A DNA stretch of 64,000 nucleotides from Candidatus Spongiisociaceae bacterium (GTDB lineage Bacteria > Actinomycetota > Acidimicrobiia > Spongiisociales > Spongiisociaceae). Under the pieces are notes generated by a model. That model searched no databases. It saw only the letters and a list, made by a program, of their open reading frames with translations, and had not been told where the DNA came from. How positions within the stretch are numbered: position 1 is the stretch's first letter; every line of letters starts with the position of its first letter. The translations under genes and the position numbers were made by a program. Location of the stretch: assembly GCA_965219685.1 (NCBI GenBank), contig CBDCOH010000002.1:160001-224000 (forward strand), read 5' to 3'. Below are positions 57,404-64,000 of this stretch, piece after piece.

Positions 57404-60400
57404 CTATCGGAGCCAGTTGGATGACCATTTGTATTGGCCGGACGGTTGGCTGGCTTCGCCGACGTAGATGATGACGCCGCGGTGGTCGGTGTTTGGGATG
57501 TTGATGTAGCAGCTGTTGGTTATGGTGGTGCCGCCGTTGTTTCCGATGTTGGTTTCGAAGTTGTGCCATGAACCGGCCGGGTATTGTCCGTTGTTCCATC
57601 CGTCGTGCGCGCAGTAGACCCGGTATCGGCCTGGGGAAAAGTTTCGTAGTTCGATTCGGAGCCATCGGCAGTCGGGAGCGTTGGCAGCGCAGGGGATGGA
57701 ACCTGGGCGGGGGGCGGTGGTGGGGCCTGGGCCGCCTCTGTTGAGGAGCACGAAGTTGTTGTCTGGTGCCAGCGTGTTCGAGTTGATCCATCGTCCGTTG
57801 AGGTTGACGGCGATGTGCGTGCCGTTGCCTCGCAGGGCGGAGAAGGTGATGTAGCAGGGTTTGGTGAGGGTGGCTTTGCCGTTTGAGCCTACGTTGATGG
57901 TGAGTTCTTTCCACCATCCGCCGGCTGAAACGGTGCCGTTGGGCCAGCGGAACCCTTGGTGGATGCATCTGGCGGTGTACCGGCCTTGGGGGAAGCCGTC
58001 GACGGTGAGGTTGATCCAGCGGCAGGAAGAGTCGTTGGCGGCGCAGGGTGCGTCTCCCACGTTGGGTCCGCTGGTGGGTCCCGCATTGCCTTTGGTGATC
58101 GTGACGGTCGGGTTAGCCGCTACCGTGACCGACGCGCTGCCCCAGGGGCTCCACCCGGCTACGTTGTGGGCTCGTACTCTCACCTCATAGTTACCCGCTG
58201 ATACGTTTTGCCATGTGTAGCTGGTTACACCTGCGATGACTTCACCCACCCCGCCGATTTCCCAGCGGTCGATCGGTGGGCCGTTATCGAATGCAGACCA
58301 GCTTGCGTCAATCCGGTTTCCCGTGACGGTTGCTGTGACGACAGGCGTGTCCGGGGGGAGCGCACCTGTGGGGAAGGCGGTGATCGGTGCCGATGTTGGA
58401 CCGTCGCCGTGGCGGTTGCGGGCATGCACCCAGACCGTGTACCGGACATCGTTGAGAAGACCACCGATACGGTACGAACGAGTACCTGACGCGACCGTGG
58501 TCGAGGAGGTGTCTCGGCCGTTGGAGTGGGTAACGACATAGGCTGTGACCGGCGTACCGCCATCGTCATGCGGTGGTGACCAAGTCACAGTCAGTTCTCG
58601 GACGCCTTCTGTGACCTGTATGTTGGTTGGCTGCCCGGGCGTGGTAGACGCGGCCATAGGTGTCCCTCGTGCGACTGCGGGCCGGCTGGACCCGACGGCG
58701 TTGTTGGCGGTGACTGTGATGGTGTGTTCGACGCCGTTGGTCAGTCTGGTGAGGCTGTATGAGCGGGTTCGGGGTCCGACGGTGTGGCTGGTTGTGTTCG
58801 ATCCGTCGTCGGCTGTGATCGTGTAGCCGATGATCGGGGTTCCCCCGTCGTCGGTAGGTTCAATCCAGGCGACGCTTAGTTGCCCGTCTCCCTCGGTTAC
58901 CTGCAAGTTGGTGGGAGAGCCCGGCACGACCTGCCCCGATCCCATGGGGGTGACGGTCACGGGAGTTGAGCGGGCACCATCGCCGTTGCGGTTCAGGGCA
59001 TGGACGGTGACCGTGTAGGACCTGCCGTTGGTGAGCCCGTCGATAGTGGAACCAACAGTGTTCGGGCCACGACGGTGGGTAATGGTTGAGGAACCGTCAT
59101 CGGCGACCATCACGTAGCCGATGATCGGGGTTCCGCCGTCGTCGGATGGTGGTGACCACCTAACGAGGGCTTGGCCGTCTTCCGGAGTCACTAAGACATT
59201 GGTGGGTGGGCCGGGAACGGTCGTGTTCGCCGTGGGCGTGCCTGTCACGATGGCGGGCTGGCTGGAACCGGCCTCGTTGTTGGCGGTTATTTTGATGGTG
59301 TACTCGACGCCGTTGGTGAGTCCGGCGATGGTCGCTCTCGTATCGCTCAGCGTTCTCTGTTCGATGTGGCCGCGCCCGTCCTCGATCGACAAGGTGTAGC
59401 TAGTAAGCCATTGCCAGTCGTCCTCGCCGCCACTGTGCGGCGCCCTCCAGCGCACGGTGAGTTGGCCGTTGCCCGGGAACAAGGTGATGTCCCAGGGCGA
59501 GCCAGGTACCGAGGTGGGCTGCCCGGGTAAGGCTCCGCCGGGACTGCACCGCTGCCCGTTCGGTAGCGGTGGACCTGGGGGCCAACCGGCCTGCGCACGA
59601 TGCCCACATGAGATGTAGGACGTGTCCAGGTTACGAGTGCTGCTGTATGACATAGCGGAGTGGTCATCGGGGTCGTACACATTCTCGTTGTGATACCGAC
59701 CAAGAGGACAGGAATTGCCGGCCTCGGTGTGGGTATGGCAGAACCCGAATCGGGCGTGGCCCACTTCGTGCGCTACCGTGTGGAAGTACCCAGCTTCGCT
59801 CCAGAATCGATGCGCCATCGGCTGTATAGCAGGACCGTAAGCTATCCCAGCGGCCCCGGCTGTACTTGCCATTCTGGCATCGGCTACGACAACGATCTGG
59901 CTATGGCTCTCTTGGTCAATGGCTGCCGTGATACACTCTTTCATAAGTTCCCAATTGAACGTGAGGCCGTCCCAGTCGACGTCTGGTGATACGACACCGC
60001 CTGTAACGAACAGAAGGTCGACTTCTCCTGACGACTGCTCCCGGTAGAACTTAGACACCTTCTGGTTGAGCTTGTCGGTAACGCTACGCAGGTGGGCGAT
60101 CCTGTACTTGTTAGCCGGTGCGCATATATATACGGGCAGCTCCATCCGTCCGGTAGTTACCAAGAGCGCGCCGGACAAGTCGTCGGTGATTGGCAACAAT
60201 TCATCCCGGTACGTTATCGGTGCGGTGGGCGGCAGGCCTCTCCCCGATAGGTTGTGCCACAGGCCGATTAAGTACACAGCCATCTGTGCCCGAGTCACCG
60301 GCAGCTGCGACTTGGCTTGTTCGGGGTCTGGGATCACATTGAGCCCGAGCAGGCAGTCGACTGCTTCGTCGAGTTCGGATCCCCGGCTGGGGCAGCGGTT

Positions 60401-61090
60401 GCCGGTTTTGTTGTGGGTTCGTAGCAGGAACCTCGATATTTGGGATGCGGTCAGCTCATCCTGCGGACTGTATGTGGTGCTGGTGGTGCCCAAGGTGATA
60501 CCCAGGCCGTAGATGCAGGCAATGTCGTCCTCATGAACGCTGCCGGCTACGTCGGTGAACGGCGTCCCAGCCCCGGGGCATGTCCTTCCCAGCACGTCCC
60601 GCCATAGGCGTACGAGAAACGAAGCCATCTGTCCTCTGGTCAGTATCTCGTCGGGTCCGAAATTCCCGCCGCCGGTACCGACCGACAGTCCCAACGCTCG
60701 CATACACAGTATGTACGCCGCTCCGTAGTCACCGTCGGCCACATCCCGAAACTGGGAAACCCTAGACGAATCGCACAGCCCCGAACCTCCGGTACCACTC
60801 TGGGCGACCCGTTCCAACAGAGGTGACGGAACCGCACTGGAACGCGTCGTATCCGAACCCGGGCCGTGATCCACCCCCCGCTCGGGCTGTTGCGATTCCG
60901 ACACGACCGCGAGGGGACCGTCAGCAGAAACCGCGGCGGTAGCCGATCCCATCCCAGGGTCACCTCCCACCGCGGCGGGTGTGATCGATGACAGCATCCC
61001 TAGCAGCAGCACCACAACCGAGTAGCGCCGACGAATCCGAACACCGATACCACGTCGTAAGCCGGCGCGCTTCACCAGGCGAAAATCCAC
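57404..61090 (-). CDS. Secreted SLH + zinc metallopeptidase + 5xFN3 surface protein with a duplicated Cys-rich C-terminal domain
   Basis: Signal-like N-terminus, SLH motifs (F.DV…; TRGQMASFLVR), HEVGHARFGFCH with SAMSY Met-turn, and five FN3 repeats (PG.PT…W.PP.DDGGTP..GY). Start uncertain; GTG 61090 follows GGGAGG. Confidence 0.82.
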   Translation of the reverse strand: MDFRLVKRAGLRRGIGVRIRRRYSVVVLLLGMLSSITPAAVGGDPGMGSATAAVSADGPLAVVSESQQPERGVDHGPGSDTTRSSAVPSPLLERVAQSGTGGSGLCDSSRVSQFRDVADGDYGAAYILCMRALGLSVGTGGGNFGPDEILTRGQMASFLVRLWRDVLGRTCPGAGTPFTDVAGSVHEDDIACIYGLGITLGTTSTTYSPQDELTASQISRFLLRTHNKTGNRCPSRGSELDEAVDCLLGLNVIPDPEQAKSQLPVTRAQMAVYLIGLWHNLSGRGLPPTAPITYRDELLPITDDLSGALLVTTGRMELPVYICAPANKYRIAHLRSVTDKLNQKVSKFYREQSSGEVDLLFVTGGVVSPDVDWDGLTFNWELMKECITAAIDQESHSQIVVVADARMASTAGAAGIAYGPAIQPMAHRFWSEAGYFHTVAHEVGHARFGFCHTHTEAGNSCPLGRYHNENVYDPDDHSAMSYSSTRNLDTSYISCGHRAQAGWPPGPPLPNGQRCSPGGALPGQPTSVPGSPWDITLFPGNGQLTVRWRAPHSGGEDDWQWLTSYTLSIEDGRGHIEQRTLSDTRATIAGLTNGVEYTIKITANNEAGSSQPAIVTGTPTANTTVPGPPTNVLVTPEDGQALVRWSPPSDDGGTPIIGYVMVADDGSSTITHRRGPNTVGSTIDGLTNGRSYTVTVHALNRNGDGARSTPVTVTPMGSGQVVPGSPTNLQVTEGDGQLSVAWIEPTDDGGTPIIGYTITADDGSNTTSHTVGPRTRSYSLTRLTNGVEHTITVTANNAVGSSRPAVARGTPMAASTTPGQPTNIQVTEGVRELTVTWSPPHDDGGTPVTAYVVTHSNGRDTSSTTVASGTRSYRIGGLLNDVRYTVWVHARNRHGDGPTSAPITAFPTGALPPDTPVVTATVTGNRIDASWSAFDNGPPIDRWEIGGVGEVIAGVTSYTWQNVSAGNYEVRVRAHNVAGWSPWGSASVTVAANPTVTITKGNAGPTSGPNVGDAPCAANDSSCRWINLTVDGFPQGRYTARCIHQGFRWPNGTVSAGGWWKELTINVGSNGKATLTKPCYITFSALRGNGTHIAVNLNGRWINSNTLAPDNNFVLLNRGGPGPTTAPRPGSIPCAANAPDCRWLRIELRNFSPGRYRVYCAHDGWNNGQYPAGSWHNFETNIGNNGGTTITNSCYINIPNTDHRGVIIYVGEASQPSGQYKWSSNWLR

Positions 61091-61391
61091 CTGTTCCCTC
61101 CCGGTAGCTGCCACGAACGGCGGAAACGATAACACGCAACCCGACGTCCGGGTTGAGCAGCCTGGCAAACTCGGCTTCGGAATGGCCTGGATCTAACGTC
61201 GACGCGGGTCTGGAGTTCCGGTAGGACTGCCGCGGTCTCTCAGGCGGTCGGCGACGCGTGGGGGACGGTTGTACGTCGGTCCGCAGCCAGCCGTCTGGAA
61301 GCAGCCGATGCCGAGCCATACGCGGGAGGCTGCTACTGCTTCCACCGCGGCGGTGTGGGTCGCTCTCGGCTGGTTGTGAGCTTCTCGGGGG

Positions 61392-62828
61392 CTATGGGGC
61401 TACGGGAGGGTTCTGGTCAGGGTAGGCAGCGAAGTTCTGGGTGATCCATACCCGGTCGCCCTTGACCACGACACCGATACCTTGGTGGGTGAGAGCGGGG
61501 ATAACCATGTTGTTGTAGTGGCCCGGGCTTGATCTGAGACCGTCGAACGCTCTCTGTATGGCGTCGCTGAGCGGGATCACGTATCTTTCTCTGGCGATGT
61601 TCTCCCCGGCGATGACATGACCCGGCGGGTAGTGATCGTCAAAGACCAGGTTGTGTTGCAGACGCCAGTAGGTGGCCATGGTGAGGGACCAGCGCCGCGC
61701 TCCGGCAGCGATGGTCGGTTCGTACTCGAGCGGCCTCAGACCGAGACCTTCGCGGAGTTCGTTGACCAGCCCGGCCATCTCCGCTTCTGCTGCGGTGAGG
61801 TCCTGTTCGGGGATGCGACCCGCGATGAGCAGCGTCGCGTAGGTCCAATCCCCAACGGTGGCGATACCGGACCCCAGATGGGTACAGCCAGGGCACACCA
61901 GAAGGGCTGCTCCCTCCGGGTTGGTCAGCCAGTCGCTGATAGCTGGGACCACATGCGCCTCGGCAGTGTTCTCGTCGGTCGCTACCGACCCACCCACCGC
62001 AACCAGGTCCCAGTCGTTGACCACTCGGGACCACAGGTTGAAGTCGGGCTGCCAGTCCCTTGCTTCGGCCATTGCCTGAGCTTTGGCCTGCGCGACGCTC
62101 GACAACTGTTCATCCCATACCAGCGCGGCATCGGCATGGCGGAGGCGGTTCACCCTGTCCAGCATCAGCACAGCGAACCTGTTGGACAGAGACGGCTCCC
62201 GAAGGTCGAGTACCCGGCCGATGAAGGCTGCCATCTGCGCCCGCGACGTCACCTCGGAAGGGCAGAAACGGGCAGGCTCGTCAGCGCATCCCTTGGTGAC
62301 ACCAGCCGCGGCTAACGCGTCGATGCTTGCCTCGTGAGCGCTGCCGGCGGTGTCCCCGAACCCGAACGACGACGCCGCCTCCAGGTCGAACGCACGCACC
62401 AAAAACGTGGCCATCTGCCCCCTCGTGGTTGCCTCATCACCACAGAAACGTGTCCCGTCCCCGCACCCGGCGGTGACCCCGAGCTCAGCGAACCGCTCTA
62501 TGTATGCCGCCCAACGGTCCCCGGCCCCAACATCGTCGAACCTGTCGCCCGTAGCAGCCGGCGGGGCCGCCCCGTCATCGAGGATTCGAACCATCCACAC
62601 CGCCATCGTGGAACGAAGAATCGGAGAATCAGGACAGAACAGGCCCACACCGCAGTCAGTACCCTCGAACACACCCCCCTCATGCAGTTCGGTAATGCTC
62701 TCAGCCGCGTAGTGACCCTCACCGACATCCCGATAGACCGAAGACCCCCACACCACCTGATCCGACGCCACCAGCACCGAGACCAGAACCACAGCGACTA
62801 CCACCATGAGACGCTGCCCGAACCCCAT
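61392..62828 (-). CDS. Secreted SLH-domain protein with two CAP/SCP domains
   Basis: Signal peptide, three SLH repeats (FCP…..R.QMA.F..R), then VN.LR…L..L…..A…. twice, with GENIA and SPGHYNNM…..GIGV in the second. Confidence 0.85.
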   Translation of the reverse strand: MGFGQRLMVVVAVVLVSVLVASDQVVWGSSVYRDVGEGHYAAESITELHEGGVFEGTDCGVGLFCPDSPILRSTMAVWMVRILDDGAAPPAATGDRFDDVGAGDRWAAYIERFAELGVTAGCGDGTRFCGDEATTRGQMATFLVRAFDLEAASSFGFGDTAGSAHEASIDALAAAGVTKGCADEPARFCPSEVTSRAQMAAFIGRVLDLREPSLSNRFAVLMLDRVNRLRHADAALVWDEQLSSVAQAKAQAMAEARDWQPDFNLWSRVVNDWDLVAVGGSVATDENTAEAHVVPAISDWLTNPEGAALLVCPGCTHLGSGIATVGDWTYATLLIAGRIPEQDLTAAEAEMAGLVNELREGLGLRPLEYEPTIAAGARRWSLTMATYWRLQHNLVFDDHYPPGHVIAGENIARERYVIPLSDAIQRAFDGLRSSPGHYNNMVIPALTHQGIGVVVKGDRVWITQNFAAYPDQNPPVAP

Positions 62829-63171
62829 CGACCACCCTTCATGCTCTGCGACCCGGCCGGCACAGCACCCAGACGAGTAGTTCCAACAAGGATGCTAACC
62901 GTGATCGTCAATGAGTTGATCGGCTCCACAAGCAGCCGATCGAGAGGGGCGTCAGCAGCGTCAGCGCCTCGAACTGCGTAGCGGTCCTGCGGAGATCATC
63001 ACCCTGAATTAACGGAGTAAAAAGGTGCTAACGATCGTTATCCTCTGGTAACAGATCGTACCAGGATCCTAGTTTGGGAACCAGTGATCCGACAGCGTTC
63101 GCCTCGTACCCACCTGATAGGAGGCTAGAGTGTCGGGGGTCAGGTGCTGTGGATCCGAGAAGGGTATTGAA

Positions 63172-63855
63172 GTGAGTGTGGATGAACCTCGAGGCAAGGT
63201 GCTTCCGGTCTATTTCGTTGCGGATGAGTCTGGGTCGATGGCTCCCAATGTGGCTGATCTGAACGAAGGCCTGATCAGTCTTTTGGACGCGATGCAGGAC
63301 GACTCCATGGCAGCATCGAAGATACGGTTCTGTGTGGTTGGGTTCAATGATACTGCTCGGTGTTATCTGGAGCCCTCGGATCTGCGTGACGTTGAGGACA
63401 TGCCCATGCTTGGATCGTCTGGTTCGACTTCCTACGCGGCGGCATTTCGTGAGTTGAGAGGGAGAATCCCTGAAGACGTAGCACGATTGAAGGGTGAGGG
63501 GTATGACGTGCATAGGCCGGCGGTGTTCTTCCTGTCGGATGGGGCACCGAATCGGGGTGATGGGTGGAAGCGAGCGCTTGGTGATCTCACTGCTGAGGAA
63601 TTCAGGGAGCGGCCGAATCTCTTGGCGTTCGGCATCGGTCGCGCTGATCCTGAGGTCATCCGTCGGGTGGCGACCGCTCCTGAGTATGGGTTTGTTACGG
63701 CGCAGGGTGTCGATACGGGTACCGCAATCGCTGAGTTCTCGCAGGCGTTGACCCGGTCAGTCGTTGCTTCGGGTGGGTCGCTGGGTGCTGGGGATGCTCT
63801 ATTGCAGGTCGAAAAGCCCGAGGGGTTCATTTCCCTTGCGGTTGACACGCTGTGA
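63172..63855 (+). CDS. vWA-domain protein, TerY-like
   Basis: LPVYFVADESGSM (MIDAS), G.TSY.AAF, RPAVFFLSDGAP and AFGIG.AD. Probable GTG start at 63172. Confidence 0.85.
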   Translation: MSVDEPRGKVLPVYFVADESGSMAPNVADLNEGLISLLDAMQDDSMAASKIRFCVVGFNDTARCYLEPSDLRDVEDMPMLGSSGSTSYAAAFRELRGRIPEDVARLKGEGYDVHRPAVFFLSDGAPNRGDGWKRALGDLTAEEFRERPNLLAFGIGRADPEVIRRVATAPEYGFVTAQGVDTGTAIAEFSQALTRSVVASGGSLGAGDALLQVEKPEGFISLAVDTL

Positions 63856-64000
63856 CCTGTGTGACACGGCCGGATGGTGTTCATACGCTTGGTAGGGGAG
63901 TGTGCGTGGTTAGGGCGGACAGAAGCGACGGGAGAGGCGGTGTCCGTGGCTGATGGTGCTGATTTGGCGCTGCCAGCGGAGGATACGCAGGAGCTGCGTG

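Noticed and set aside
63946-64000. Possible start of a next gene (GTG GCT GAT GGT…) after the vWA gene
   Set aside because: Too short at the window edge to identify.

Overview
High-GC actinobacterial DNA. Leaderless promoters, a CGAAC-N4-GTTCG SOS box and SLH/FN3/cadherin/Calx-beta surface proteins suggest an Acidimicrobiia-like, possibly sponge-associated organism (inference). Bases 1-36114 are one giant surface-protein gene, at least about 11,750 aa and open at the 5' edge. It has 7 cadherin-FN3-Ig-like modules, then Calx-beta-like domains with 18 tandem ~352-aa units, an acidic spacer and a C-terminal membrane anchor. An 837-bp IS5-family element sits at a CTAG inside it; removing the IS restores a single frame. 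One cadherin domain carries a circularly permuted two-domain insert. Bases 36-55 kb hold a UvrA-like ATPase, YibE/F, a CDF metal exporter, EamA, acyl-CoA dehydrogenase, TrpB2, an SOS-boxed radical SAM gene, HicAB, pgi, zwf, a MacAB-like ABC operon and tRNA-Val(TAC). The intergenic regions contain a ~320-380-nt densely base-paired candidate ncRNA or switch upstream of the CDF gene, a second ~115-nt candidate sRNA, an unannotated leaderless 59-aa ORF and heptamer repeats. After the tRNA is an accessory region with an IS110 element (nonsense-interrupted recombinase with a C-terminal HTH, and a bridge RNA whose guides match its own ends and target), two SLH surface proteins and a TerY-like vWA gene. 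All structure and domain calls were made by eye, without database searches.
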